From NCBI GenBank assembly GCA_965287045.1, contig OZ336874.1:22196001-22260000 (forward strand): a DNA stretch of 64,000 bases. The letters are read 5' to 3'. A program made the translations under genes and the position numbers. The stretch is from Carcharhinus amblyrhynchos (taxonomy: Eukaryota). This document shows positions 26,251 through 39,199 of this stretch, in pieces. How positions within the stretch are numbered: the first letter of the stretch is position 1; every line of letters starts with the position of its first letter. The notes under the pieces are model-generated. The model had not been told where the DNA came from, ran no database searches, and worked only from the letters and a program-made list of their open reading frames with translations.

Positions 26251-27938
26251 ATGTACATTAGCATATAACTCAGTTCATAAAAAACAATCAAAGAAGCAAA
26301 CAGCCTCCCTGTAGGATACTGAAATGGAAACATCTGTTTTTGTTCTCCCACTGTCTAGATGTCCAATTAAGTTGTGCTCTGTCCCTTCCTTAAAAATCTT
26401 CCTATTAATAGTCAAATTTAAAGCAAAATTCATGCGAATTACTGTTGTTCAATCTGAGCTCAAAATTCTATTGGGGTTTTTGATTGTCATACTTTTCACA
26501 TAATAATTACATACCTACAGTTTGATAAAATGAACTGAAGCTTAGGCCGTATAGAGTTGAAGAACACTGAAGTTGGTCAGCTATGATCTGATCATTTAAT
26601 AAAAATTTCATGCCTACCCACTAGAATAATTAGATTATCACAGACAGAAGTGGCAGCAAATTTATGGGTGAGCTAATAGAATGTCTTTCCTTCTCTTTTG
26701 GTACAGCCATTTGCTTCTAACTTTGAAATGCTTGAAGCAGTTGTCACTGTAAATATTGTACCTATATTTCACAAACCACCTTAAAAGCGTATTTACAGAG
26801 CTCATATTAATCATTCAAGGACACAGGCACACCACTCGCTTAGGTAAACATTTCAATCCCGTCACCTCAAAAAATGTCACACATGTCTGCAATTCTCTTA
26901 TGACAGGTACTTTGTCAAATTATCAAGAGGAGGACAGTGGTACTTTGTTTCTTCCTCATAAACACACCCAAGTTCAAGCCTGACCCAACCTACTTCAAGT
27001 TTGCATCTTTTTCATTGTGACATTAGTCTGTTTAATTCAATTTGTTCAGCTTTTTTTCAATTACTGTAAACAAAGTTTTGCTTCTTTCCTTGAGAAACTC
27101 TTACAAATTAGCAATTACTGCGCAGCCATAATATTTACAAGTAACTTGTTTATCTTTCATTTGGTTACTGCCATTATGTTTTGTTAATTTTCATTGTATC
27201 AAATTGCTTAAGATAATATTGGACGTTTTAGTATTGGTTAAACATTAAATCTGGAGTCTATGGAATCCTGTAATGTTTACTTAACGCTGAGAATGAGATG
27301 CGCAGAGGTGAATACCTTTGGTAAAAGCACGATACAAATCCAATCTTAAAGCACACACATCTGCACTTTTTTATAGCATGAACCAGAGTTGCTGAATTTA
27401 GCTGCATGCATCTGTTACACTTTTAGAAAGCTAGACCAAGTAACTTGTGTACACAAAGCAATCTCTACTGGGGGATAAAATTCGATAACTAAACTTCTGA
27501 TTGTCCACAACGTAAACACTTGGCACTACTTAAATTACCAATACAAAGTTTCGCTCAAAGACATGCCCACACTCATTCAATATACAATTGTCAAGCATCA
27601 TCACCTTGCAAAGCAACATTTAAGCTGCACTGGCATCATTATTTCGTCCATTAATCTGGCCTTCCTCCTACAATCTTAGGGACACCCAATCACAAAATCC
27701 TGATTTATTCGATTTCTTTTTTAATGTTTTCATCCTCCGTTATGTTCTCTGTCGGGAGCCTTGATCAGACAACTTGGTTCCTCAAATTAAAACTAAGAGC
27801 CCCACCGCTGTTTTTCCTTAGCACGGACCAATTTAATTCTGTGATTATTTATTTTATGATCGATCAGTGGCATGCTGTTATTCAATGTGACTCTTGAAAT
27901 GTTCTTAAACCATAATTTTGATTTATAAAAAGTAAAAG

Positions 27939-27942
<4 letters not shown>

Positions 27943-27972
<30 letters not shown>
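27943..27972. repeat. (TA)n microsatellite
   Basis: Direct reading. Confidence 0.95.
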
Positions 27973-27974
<2 letters not shown>

Positions 27975-27975
<1 letters not shown>

Positions 27976-28315
27976 GGAGGCGATGGCCTAGTGGTATTAT
28001 TGCTAGATTATTAATCCAGAAACTCAACTAATGTTTGGGGTTCCAATCCCACCATGGCAGTTGGTGCAATTTGAATTCAATAAAAAATATCTGGAATTAA
28101 GAATCTGCTGATGACTACGAAACCACTCCCGATTTCAGAAAACCCCATCTAGTTGACCAATGTCTTTTAGGGAAGGAAATCTGCTGTCCTTACCTGGTCT
28201 GGCCTACATGTGACTCCAGAGCCACAGAAATGTAATTGACTTTCAATTGCCCTGAAGATGGACAATAAATGCTGGCCCACCAGTGACGCCCATGTCCCAC
28301 GAATGAATAATAGAA
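27975..28315 (+). mobile_element. tRNA-derived SINE (same family as 9295), full length
   Basis: gggaggcgatggcctagtggtatt...caataaatgctggcc...cgaatgaataa. Confidence 0.85.
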
Positions 28316-28506
28316 ATATATATGAAAAAAAAGCTTCATGCAAGACTTTGGATTCAATGGAAAGATTCCATCAACTATCCTTCAGGAGTCTGAAGGAACA
28401 AACTGAATAACTCATAAGGAGTCTGGTCAGCTATCAGCTGCGTCAATGGGAAACTGCCCTGCACTTTAAGGAATGGTTGAGGCAGTGGCAAACCAGAGGC
28501 CACTAC

Positions 28507-28755
28507 AGTTTAAAGCTTATTCATTAGTGTCACAAGTAGGCTTATATTATCACTGCAATGAAGTTACTGTGAAAATCCCCTAGTCGCCACACTCCGGCAG
28601 CTGTTCAGGGGAGGAAACTAGAGCAGTCGGAGAAAACCCATGCAGACACAGGGAGAACGTGCAGACTCTATACAGACGGTGACCCAAGCCAGGAATCGAA
28701 CCCGACTTCCCTGGCACTGTGAGGCAGCAATGCTAACCACTGTGCCACCATGCCA
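28507..28755 (-). mobile_element. HE1-like V-SINE, tail type B, internally deleted
   Basis: Tail attagtgtcacaagtaggctta; head gtgaggcagcaatgctaaccactgtgccacc. Confidence 0.85.
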
Positions 28756-29004
28756 TTCACAACTGTAACTTTAACTGGAAATGTGCTCTATTATCAGTGA
28801 AAACAACACATCAGAATTTGATTATGCCTTTCTAGATATTGACAAAATTATTTTGCGATGACAAGTTATTATTAACTACAACATGAGTACAAAGCAGTAC
28901 TGGCAAAATCCAGTGTATGTACTTCAGTAACACATAGTAACTGGTTAGTATATATTTCAGCTACACGTTGAACTTACAACTGCCACAACAATGGGACCCC
29001 CCAG

Positions 29005-29312
29005 CTAGAAACATAGAAACCCTACAGTACAGAAAGAGGCACTGACCACGATCCCACCCAGGCTCTACCCCCATATTCCTACATATTTACCCACTAATAC
29101 CTCTAACCTACGCATCTCAGGACACAAAGGGCAATTTTTAGCATAGCCAATCAACTTAACCTGCACACCTTTGGACTGTGAGAAGAAACCAGAGCACCCA
29201 GAGGAAACCCATGCAGACATGTCTCCACACAGACAGTGACCCAAGCTGGAATCGAACCCAGGTCCCTGGAACTGTGAAGCAGCAGTGCTAACCACTGTGC
29301 TACCGTGCCACC
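29005..29312 (-). mobile_element. HE1-like V-SINE, tail type A
   Basis: Head and tail motifs (tagaaacatagaaaccc tail repeat). Confidence 0.85.
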
Positions 29313-29780
29313 CACACTACTTCAGCTGTTTTGGCTTGTCAGGAATTTAAGCCTATTTCTAAGGACTACACACAGCTTTTTCAGGTTTGGGCAAGAGGGG
29401 AGGTGGGGGTTAAAAGGAATTTTGAATGCTTCGGTTCATATACACTTCAATCTAGCTGTATACATATTTGTCATACAGCCAACTGTTCGCCATTGTAAAG
29501 CTGCCAACAGCTTAACCTATCCCTTCTGGAGATTGTCTAAAACTGAATGTTCTTGACTACAATAGGCTTAGAAACCACTCATTAACATTTTCAGACAAAC
29601 TTCCAGCTGGTCATTGGCAGGGTCACAATGATGAGGAACTTTTATCCTGTATACAGAATTCCAGAATAACAAATTAGCTAAATCCAGGAGTTTACAATGA
29701 ATTCAAGATGACTGTAGGTGAAGCATAATTTCTGTTTGTATATATTTTGAATGTAAATCTTGGATAAATTTAGAGTACAG

Positions 29781-30093
29781 TGGCAGCATGGTGGCACAAT
29801 GGTTAGCACTGCTGTCTCACAGTACCAAGGACCTGGATTTGATTCCTGGCTTGGATTACTGTCTGTGTGGAGTCTACATGTTCTCCCCGTGTCTGCGCGG
29901 GTTACTTCCGGGTGCTCCGGTTTCCTTCCACAGTCTGAAAAATGCGCTGGTTAGGTGTGTTGGCCATGCTAAATTCTCCCTCAGTGTACCCGAACAGGCG
30001 CTGGAGTGTGGCTCCTAGGGGATTTTCACAGTAACTTCACTGCAGCGTTAATGTAAGCCTACTTGTGACACTAATAATTAAACTTAAAACTAA
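29781..30093 (+). mobile_element. HE1-like V-SINE, tail type B, full length
   Basis: tggcagcatggtggcacaatggttagcac...ttttcacagtaacttcactgcagcgttaatgtaagcctacttgtgacactaataa. Confidence 0.9.
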
Positions 30094-30699
30094 AAGTATT
30101 TTTCTATTGTTTGTGAGAATTGATTAAATTGTGATTCAATGCACATTTGACCACTGAAAAGGTTCACATTGATCCAGTTGCAGTGCCTGCAACTCTCATA
30201 GTTCTCCTTTTGCAGCTAAATTTGAGATCCCAGCAGGTGCACTTCTAACAGAGGTCAATGAACAGCAATGTCACGCTCGAAAAGAGGTGACTTTTCCCCT
30301 CCCTAGCCCATTTGGCTCATTGTAGAACCTTTACAATCTCTGCCCATATCAGATAATCTCAAAAGTCAGATAAAAGGTGTTCTTACATTTCATGGTTCAC
30401 GACCACACCAGTTGTGGTCGTGATTCTGTGAGCTGAAGAGCCTAGCATTGAGTGGGTAAAGATGCTCTGTCTCCTGGAAAAATATCAAGGAAGCAGCACA
30501 GTATGTTAATAAAGCTTTAGGACAACCAAACTACAAAGAGTTCAATATAGAAAGAGAATGGAGACACTGAACTGTTCCACGGCAAAAATTCTGATTAAAC
30601 TGGCATTAAACTTGAGGAAGAATGTGAAGGCATTAGCGTATATGAGAACTTTTTTTGGGGACGGGGGATCACAATTAAGCTTCGTCTCAACAGAGTGCG

Positions 30700-31420
30700 A
30701 AAATGGGGCTGTTCTCCTCAGAGAAGACTGACAGGAGATATGATAGAAGTATTCAAAATCAAGAAGGATGTGGACAGATTATAAAGGAAGACCCCATTGG
30801 CAGAGGGCTCGTGTATCAGATGCCACTGATTTAAGGTGAATAGCAAAAACATTCAAGACTACATAAGGAAAAATTAATTTGCATAGCATGTGGTTAGGAT
30901 CTAGAATGTGCTGCCTGAGAGTATGGTGGAGACTGATTCAATCACAGCTGTTGAAAGGAAATTAGGCCTGGTGGCACAGTGGTTAGCACTGCTGCCTCAC
31001 AGCACTAGGAACCCGGGTTCAATTCCCGCCTTGGGTAACTGTCTGTGTGGAGTTTGCACATTCTCCCCATGTCTGTATGGGTTTGCTCTGGGTGCTCCAG
31101 TTTCCTCTCACACAAAGATACGTGGGTTAGGTTGGTTGGCCATGTTAAATTGCCTCTTGGTGTCAGGGAGCTTAGCAGTGTAAATATGTGGGGTTACAGG
31201 GATAGGGCCTGAATGGGATTGTTGTCAGTGCAGGCTCGATGGGCCAAATAGCCTCCTTCTACACTGTAGGACTCTATTCTATTCTACACTGAAGAGAATA
31301 ATTTGCAGGACTACAAGGAAAGGGTAGATTTGAGGATTTTAGCTGAGTTGCCTTTGCAGTGAACTGACACAGAAATGTAGGGCCAAATGGCCTCCTTCTT
31401 TGCTATTGTGATTCTGAATA
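30700..31420 (+). mobile_element. CR1 3' fragment with nested HE1 SINE (30968-31287, +, tail A)
   Basis: CR1 motifs ggagatatgatagaagtattcaaaatc and gggccaaatggcctccttct flank an HE1 copy. Confidence 0.8.
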
Positions 31421-32300
31421 ATGCTCAAATCAACTGGCACCTGACCTGTGAAATAATACAGTCCACATAAAATCACAGGTGCCATTGCAAGCCAGCCTCT
31501 CTCCCAATCTGTTTCTTGCTGATACCAATGTGTACAAATTTCACTGTAACCTGCCAGCCCTGCTGACCCCAGATCACCCTTTACCTGTGAAATATCCTCC
31601 TCATCCCTGCCTTACAATGGCATGCTAAAGATAATGCTATCTGCCAAGCAAAAATTGCCTCAGTGCATTCACACATTAGAAAATTAGTTTCCAAAAATGT
31701 TGACTATGAGTAAATCACTCTTCTAGTGAAAAGATGGTAAATCAACAGAAGACTTCTCTCATGTTCCTCATACTGAACCTAGGTTATGACAGCGGGGTTT
31801 GCAGTCTGGGCATAACTGAACTAAAGATGCTCTATATTTTTAGACAGTCCCATAACTCATGCAATACTGAATGTTCAACTGGTGGACACTTGTGTAATAC
31901 AAGTTTGGTGTAATGTCATCATGGTCCATTATCAGGCAAAATGAAGCCAACTCATAAACTGGTGATTAAAGAGGTACATCTTAGCCATAATGTGAGGCTT
32001 GGCCATTTACAGACTTCTACAGTTTATTTATTTTGGGACTGTTGTTGCTACGGTATGCTTTAACCATAATAAACCAACTTCTTCAAAACTCCAGGATGAA
32101 AATATAGCTATATTTCTGAAAATAGCCAGATTTGGTTTCTATCATTTTCTACAAAACTTTCATTTCTGCAATAGCACTTTATATTTATCAAATAATGCTG
32201 TTTACATTGCCAAATAATGAAAATTCATCCAAGCAGAAAATAGTTGGATGGCCACTTCTTTCATTGTTATTGTCACAATAGGCAATTCAGTGGTTAAAGT

Positions 32301-32448
32301 AAAACACTGCAGATACTGGAATCTGAAACAAAAACAGAAACAGACTCAGCTCTGATGAAGGGCCATGTAGACTTGAAACATTGACTCTATTCTCTCCCTA
32401 CAGATGCTGTCAGACTTGCTGAGATTTTCCAGCATTTTCTGTTTTTGT
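32301..32448 (+). mobile_element. Second Penelope-like family, terminal fragment with degenerate hammerhead
   Basis: CTGATGA (32352-32358)...GAAACATT (32375-32382), followed by gatgctg...ctgagattttccagcattttctgttttt. The left part (aaaaacagaaa) is its inverted counterpart. Confidence 0.6.
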
Positions 32449-32449
32449 A

Positions 32450-32715
32450 CCATAGAATCATAAAGTCCCTACAGTACAGAAGGAGGCCATTAGGCCAATC
32501 AAGTCTGCACTGACCACAATCCACCCAGGCCCTATTCCCATAACTCCACATATTTACCCTGCTAATCCCCTGTGGATTGTGGGAGGAAACCGGAGGAAAC
32601 TTCTGCAGACACGGGGAGAATGTGTAAACTCCACACAGATGGTGACCCGAGGCCAGAATTGAACTTAGGTCCCTGACACTGTGAGGCAGCAATGCTAACC
32701 ATTGTGCCACTGCAT
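32450..32715 (-). mobile_element. HE1-like V-SINE, tail type A
   Basis: catagaatcataaagtccctacagt...gtgaggcagcaatgctaacc. Confidence 0.85.
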
Positions 32716-33318
32716 CGCAATCCATCAGTAGGTGATCTATTACAGAGCTTCAAGAAGGATATGGGGTGGTCAGGGGTGGGGGATTGAATTACCTTTGTAC
32801 GCAAACAAATATGCTGCACGTTAGCATAAGCAGAAATTAAATGAGGAAATTTTAGACACACGCACAAGATGCATTTGTCTAAATGCAGCCTTGAAATCAA
32901 ATTTGTACCACGCCTTGAAAATTCTTTGAAATGTTTATGTATTCATGCAGTAGTTTCTTCACTTCTCTTTCAGATACAAACATCCTATTCAATCCTGTTT
33001 CCTCCCCAGGCAAACACTAGTCATCCATGCACATATATACTCCCACTGCTCCCCCCACCCCTTCACAAACAGCTTCTTAAACAATTTTACGGGTCACTAG
33101 TAGCCTACTAAATGTTCTCCCGTATGTTTTCACAAGGTGCTCGCAACCATCGTTTCAAAATTCTCCCAAACTACCAGCAGCTCACATCAGTGTCCCATGA
33201 ATGCAAGAGGAATTCTGAAAACTGAACAAGTCCACAGAGGAGGATATGCACTAAAGGGAGAGTTACAATAAATTTTAGCAAATACGCAGCTCAAAGCAAA
33301 AGCTCAAATCATGACAAA

Positions 33319-34420
33319 TGTTGTATTTTGGTTGTGACTGGCTAAGGAATAATTTCAGAGACTTAGATATGTCTGAACAATAACAGATTTACTGGATTAA
33401 TATAACTTAATACAGACATACAAGGATACTGAAGTTAACCAGTCTAAGCCAAGAGCTTTCTTCTTCTCAACTCTTAATCATGTGTCTGTCCCTTATATCA
33501 TCATGTAGATGGTATCGCTTCTCCAGCCCCACACAGTAGCCCTTTCAGCCCTGAACGCCTGAATACTGCATCCCCACTACTTCCTCATATCTTTGTTCAA
33601 ATTTATTTTACATTTATATTTGCATACAAGCCTCATCTTCCCCCAAGTCTCTGACTTCATCAGTTGGGTCAGTCTGGAGGTTTCACGATTCTCTCTGATC
33701 ATGTCCTTGTCAGGTCCACCCTTTGGACTTCTTCAATGGGCTTGGTGGGTCTTCAGTAAGAGTTGCAGTATCTTGTGCATTATCAGTTTAAATCTTAACA
33801 TCTGGTTCCGGTATCTGGGAACTAGATTTCATCCTCTTTTTCCTCTTCTTGCTGATTTGATTTTGTGGGTTCATCCCTTTCTTTACCTTTGATATATTCT
33901 CTATCCTTGTGTGTTGAGTCAACTCTAGTTCCCTTTGACGATTTTATCTGTCTTTCTTCTGGAATGATGACTATTGTAGCCTCTTGATCGTACATCTTGG
34001 GTAATCTTGCTGCTGCCTCTGGAAATAATTGTTTAGGCAAAATAGGAAGTTTTGAGGAAGGCATTTGATCACCTTGTTGCTTGCCGTCAGTTTCCAGTGC
34101 CTGGATGTAGCAGTAAGATTAGTGTCTTTCCAATGGGAAAGAGATGGACATTGTACAGTTTGATTCTTTCTCTAGTTCTGGTAATTTTTCACTGCTTGCA
34201 TCCTGGGCTACCACTTTTGGTGGATGGATAGATGTGGATGCATTTACAAAGGATCACCACTGTCTGATAAATATTGTATTGTACCAATGAAGTCCATCGC
34301 TCAAGTTTCATCTTCCATCTTCTCTGCTGATACATCGAATGACGCTTGCACTCAGGTATTAGTTGGCCCAGTTGGTTCAGTACCTTCTCGATGAGAACAA
34401 GTTTACTCTCTGTCAATTCT
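33319..34420 (-). mobile_element. Gypsy-like LTR retrotransposon 3' remnant with 3' LTR (33319-33570)
   Basis: Minus strand: disrupted frame ending TRT*SERIVKPPD*PN* (compare RSGRxxKPPxRL at the Gypsy pol C-terminus), then polypurine tract aggaagtagtgggga, then TGCAGTATT...AATACAACA (252 bp, TG..CA, imperfect TIR). Confidence 0.7.
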
Positions 34421-34509
34421 TACTCTTCTAAACTCCAGTGGATACAAGCCTAGCCTGTCCAACCTTTCCTCAATAGACAATTCACCCATGCAAAATATTT
34501 GTCTAATAA

Positions 34510-34605
34510 TAAAAGCAAAAGCTCTGAAGGATGGACTTGAAGTGTTAACTCAGTTTCTCTCTCCTTGGATGCTGCCAGAACTGCTGAGTTTTTCCAGCAT
34601 TTTAA
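34510..34605 (+). mobile_element. Second Penelope-like family, decayed 3' fragment
   Basis: gttaactcagtttctctctcc...gatgctgccagaactgctgagtttttccagcatttt aligns by eye to 32380-32440. Confidence 0.5.
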
Positions 34606-34699
34606 GGTTGAACCCTTGCTGTATGACCAGATATCGCGAGCTCTTAAATTATGACATGACTGTTAATCTTTCAACATGTACGCATTGAATGTTACGCTT

Positions 34700-34956
34700 C
34701 TTATGGAGATTTTCCACCTGTGGTCTGCTGCTGAAAGCAACAGAACAGCCGGAATTCTCTGACTGTTCACGCTGGCTGGATTCTCCGGTCCTGCTTGCAG
34801 CATACCCCCGCCTGCAGGTTTTCCAGCTGCATGGGTTGACATCAATGGGAATTCCCATCGATAGCAGCGGGATCAGAGAATTCTGCCACTAGCAAACAAC
34901 ACGTCACCTCCAGCCGGTGGGAAGCACATGGTGAGGAGGCCAGAGAATCATGCCCA
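34700..34956. mobile_element. GC-rich MITE-like element
   Basis: Ends gagaatcatgccc, resembling the terminus of 37762-37888; internal gaattctc/gagaattc inverted motifs. Confidence 0.5.
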
Positions 34957-37145
34957 TCAATTATAAAAGTTGAGGCACTAAGTTACCCCGGAAAAGAGCT
35001 TAATTGCATTATATTATACTTTGCATAATTCATGTAACATGTTCAGCAAAGAGATTTTCCAGTGTGTTATCACTCCTCCCAAGAGTAGTACTCTAAGGGT
35101 TAATTTACATTTCCTCATTAACTTCACTTCTTGGAGTCAGCTGCTTCTCCCCAAGACACAATAACTTTGCTGGAAATATTTTAAAAGTGTAAAACTCAAC
35201 AGCATGGATTATAAAATAGACCAGCGTCGCTTACAACTCACGGGAAGCTTTCTAATTTGTCCACAACTTTGTCAACATCCAAAAGAAAGCAAATGCTTCA
35301 GTCAAACGATATCAAACTGCCACAAATGCTCCCAGGGGATGTCTACACTCCACTGGGTTGGAAAGTCAGATCAGTGACCCCTATGTTAGCAATCCCCGCA
35401 CGGAACTGAAGGAAATGGTGACACTGCTAACAATGGAAAGGTCAAGTGGCTGGCGGTCGCTCAGTGACCCAGACTGCAGAGGTCAAGGGCTTCAGGTAAC
35501 ATCAGGCTTAAGGCTGAATGTGTGCATGATCGATCTGTTTCAACAAATCAGCTTTGGTCAATTAAGCTCCACACGGCACACTGCTTCTCATTGCAGGGGT
35601 CCTGACTTTAAAGCAAGGAGTTAGACAGCAGGCCTCGTAAATACAGCTCCAAATATGCAGCAGTAAATTGAGGCTGATGTTTCTGGGGCACAGGGATGTC
35701 ACAGCCTAACCAATTCAACGTAGTGACAGAAACAGGCATCAGTCATTTCCAGTGGATAACTACTTGCAGCTTTCCTGTAGCATGAACAAAGTGTGAAAAC
35801 ATCACTTTGGATCAGCATTATCTTTCTCCCTCCAATCATAACACATTTTGCCATTAATCCTCAAGGGAGGAAGGTATTACATGGGGGGAAAAGGTAGTTC
35901 TATAAATGACTGCTGGATCTAACTACCCTGTCGTCCTTGAGATCAGCAGGAGAGACAGACGTGACAGTCACGGAACCAGGCACCGAGTGAGTCCGGGTGG
36001 GACTGCACAGGTGTAATCACATTTAAAGTGTGGAGTTAACAAAGTAACCAGAGCACTCCGCCCTCCAAACTATTCATTGGAAACAACAGTTTTGTGCATT
36101 CAGAGGACAAAGGTAATGTATGCACCCATTCCACCGCCAGCACCCACAGTTCAAGGATGTGTCCCTCATACTCTTCATGCCGTGGGAAGAACTGTACACT
36201 GATAAAGACAAAGCACTGAATTAAAACTTCATGTAAAGAGATAACATGGACAAAAAAAACTCATTTACACTCTTCAGTCTGGTGGTCATCTACATTGTGG
36301 TGCTTTTATTAAATTGAAGCAAGAACCTTTTTAATAACTGCACTTCAACCCGAATATAGCCCTGCATACTGCTAAGAAATCATTGTACAGATACAGCTAC
36401 CTAAAAAGGATAAACAGTTTTTTTTGAACCACTCCTTGGCTTTTCTCTGTCCAGTTGACTTGACTCTATAAATCAGTTCATTGGTTAATGTTAAATCTGT
36501 ACTTTAATTCCAGCCCTCATCAAGTTTCAGAGTGGGAATAACTTGAAAAATTCAACTTTAGTTGAAAAAAAACTTAATAAAAGTTCTACATTAAAGACAA
36601 AAAAGACACAATAGCTTAATTTCAATATCTGGATTAACTCTCTAACCATTAACCTATTTCCATTGTTTGGAATTATTAACAAACCAGCTTAAGTGAGGCA
36701 GGAAAATGTTTCTAAAAGGGCTAGTAAACGGCAAGGGAAGTAGGCGAGTCTGTGAGGGAACCAACAGAAGCAGAATCCTTTAATAGTGACTGAGGCTGGA
36801 GGCCCAGCAAGCAGCAGAGAGGGTGGAGGGACTGCTCTCAAATCAAAAATTATGATGCTGCACTTGAGTGCAGGTACATGATTGATTGGTGAGTATTTTA
36901 ATCTTTTCTTCATCCACGTCTAAACCAGGGCATTGATTTAAACTAAGAGTTGGGGTTTTAGAAATTTCAAACAAGGCAAGGAAGCCAGTACAATATTTTG
37001 GTCCCTGATATGTTTATAGTTGAGGGGGTCTGTAAAATTCTGTGGGTGTTCTTCTGCCACCTACTTGTCCACCTACATAAGAACATAAGACATAGGAGCA
37101 GAGGAAGACCATACAGCTCGTCGAATTGCTCAATGTGATCATGGG

Positions 37146-37450
37146 ACCTGGGTTCAATTCCCGGCTTGGGTCACTGTCTGTGTGGAGTTTGCACATTCTC
37201 CTCATGTCTGCGTGGGTTTCCTCCGGGTACTCCTGTTTCCTCCCACGGTCCAAAGATGTGCAGGTTAGGTTGATTGGCCATGCTAAGAAATTGCCCCTTA
37301 GTGTCCAGGGATGCGTAGGTTAGAGGGATTAGTGGGTATAATATGTAGGGACATGGGGGTAGGGCCTGGGGTGGGATTGTGTTCAGTGCAGACTCGATGG
37401 GCTGAAGGGCCTCTTTCTGCACTGGAGGGTTCTAGGATTCTATGATTCTA
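37146..37450 (+). mobile_element. HE1-like V-SINE, 5'-truncated, tail type A
   Basis: gacctgggttcaattcccggcttgggtcactgtctgtgtggag...ttctaggattctatgattcta. Confidence 0.9.
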
Positions 37451-37761
37451 GATAGGTCAGCAGATTGGAAACATTATAGAAACCAGAAAAGTATTATTTA
37501 AAAAAAGATAGAAAATAGCTCATAAAAGTAAACAAACAAAAAAAAAATAAAAATACCATTACCTTGTACATAAAATAAGAGAGTAGCTAAAGTAAATATT
37601 GATCCTGTCGAGGACAAGACTGGGAATTAATAATGGGAATCAAGGAAATGGCAGGAGCATTGAACAAATATCTCTCTTCACAGTAGAAAACACGAAAAGC
37701 ACGCCAATAATTGCAGAAAATCAGCAGATAAAATGGAAGGATGAAACTTAAAATAATCATT

Positions 37762-37888
37762 GGGCGGGATTCTCTGGCCGCACTCGCCCCAAGGCCGGAA
37801 AATCCCACCCAAGGTCAACAAATCTTTGCATGGTCCCTGTCCCACCCGCTACGGTTTCCATGGCAGGCGAGACAGAAAAATTCTGCCC
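37762..37888. mobile_element. 127-bp MITE nested in CR1
   Basis: att|GGGCGGGATTCTCT...AAAAATTCTGCCC|att: imperfect TIRs and a candidate 3-bp TSD. A related copy at ~62698-62800 shares aaaatcccacccaaggtcaacaaa. Confidence 0.7.
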
Positions 37889-39199
37889 ATTATCACTAGA
37901 AACAAAAATCTGAGAAAGTTAATGTGATTAAAGGAAAGCAGGTCCCTTGGATCTTATGGCTTAAAAAGAAGTGGCTGAGAAATAGTGGACATATTCGTTA
38001 TAATTTGCTAAAATTCCCTAGATTCTGCAGATTGGCAAACTGCAAATAACCTATTCAGGTTATTCTCTGTCACTGGGAAACTACTGGTACCCATTATTAA
38101 TGAGGTAATAACAATACATTTAGAAAATCTCAATACAATCAATGTCAACACAGTTTTATGAAAGAGAAACTGTGTTTGACAAATTTATTAGAGTTCTTTA
38201 AGGATGTAACAAGCAGGGTGGATAAAAGGGAACCAGTAGATGCAATGTATTTGGGTTTCCAAAAGGCACTTAGTAGATGCCATGTTAACAATTTACAGCA
38301 AAATATAACAGCTCATGACTTTAGGGGTGATATATTGGCACAGATAGGGTATTGGCTAACTAATAGGAAACAGAGTTTGGATAAATGGATCATTTTCAGG
38401 TTGGTAAGTTGTTATTAGTAGAGTACCACAGGGATCAGTGATGAGGCCTCAATTGTTTACAATCTATATTAATCACTTTGATGAAAGGACCAAGTGCATT
38501 GCAGCCAAATTTGGAGACGGGTACAAAGATAGGTAGAAAAGTGAGTTGTGAGGAGGATACAAACGGCTGGAGTTTCATTCATGGTTTCCAGTCATGTTGA
38601 TGGACTGAAATGTAAGTTGGAAATTGGGAAATGTAGGCAGTGGAATCTTAGCGAGATTTAGGAAGAGTAAGCAGACTAAGAGGCTACCTAATTAAAGATA
38701 GCGAGTGAGCTTCACAAGCAGGAGATTAGTTTAACTTTAGAAAGTTTAAAAATCAAAGGTGGTCACAGCTGCCAGACCGATACTGTAAAGAGAAATCCTA
38801 CCACTGAATGGTCTGTGGCCACTGGGATTGCTTGTGGGAGGGGGGGCATTAAAAATTACATCAGACATTATTGGCCCGATGGTCTGCCACCTCCACCTAT
38901 GAATCAAGGCTTCAGCTTCATTGGGGTATGGCAGGTGAAAACGAATGCTCTCAATAGCACGGTAATTAGTCAAATTGGTCAGTCTCAGGGCAGGGCAGCC
39001 ATTTTTTTCAGTTTAAATCTTACATTATTTCAGCGAAGGGCAGCCATTCCCCATCAACACAGCCTCCATAAATACACATCAGAGACAGGAACATGCCCAC
39101 TTCTGGTCCCACCACTTAGTTGTAACAAATATTCAGCACAAAATGTCTGGAAGGGGATAGACAGGTCAACTTAGCAGATGGAAGTGAGGATATCCCCTT

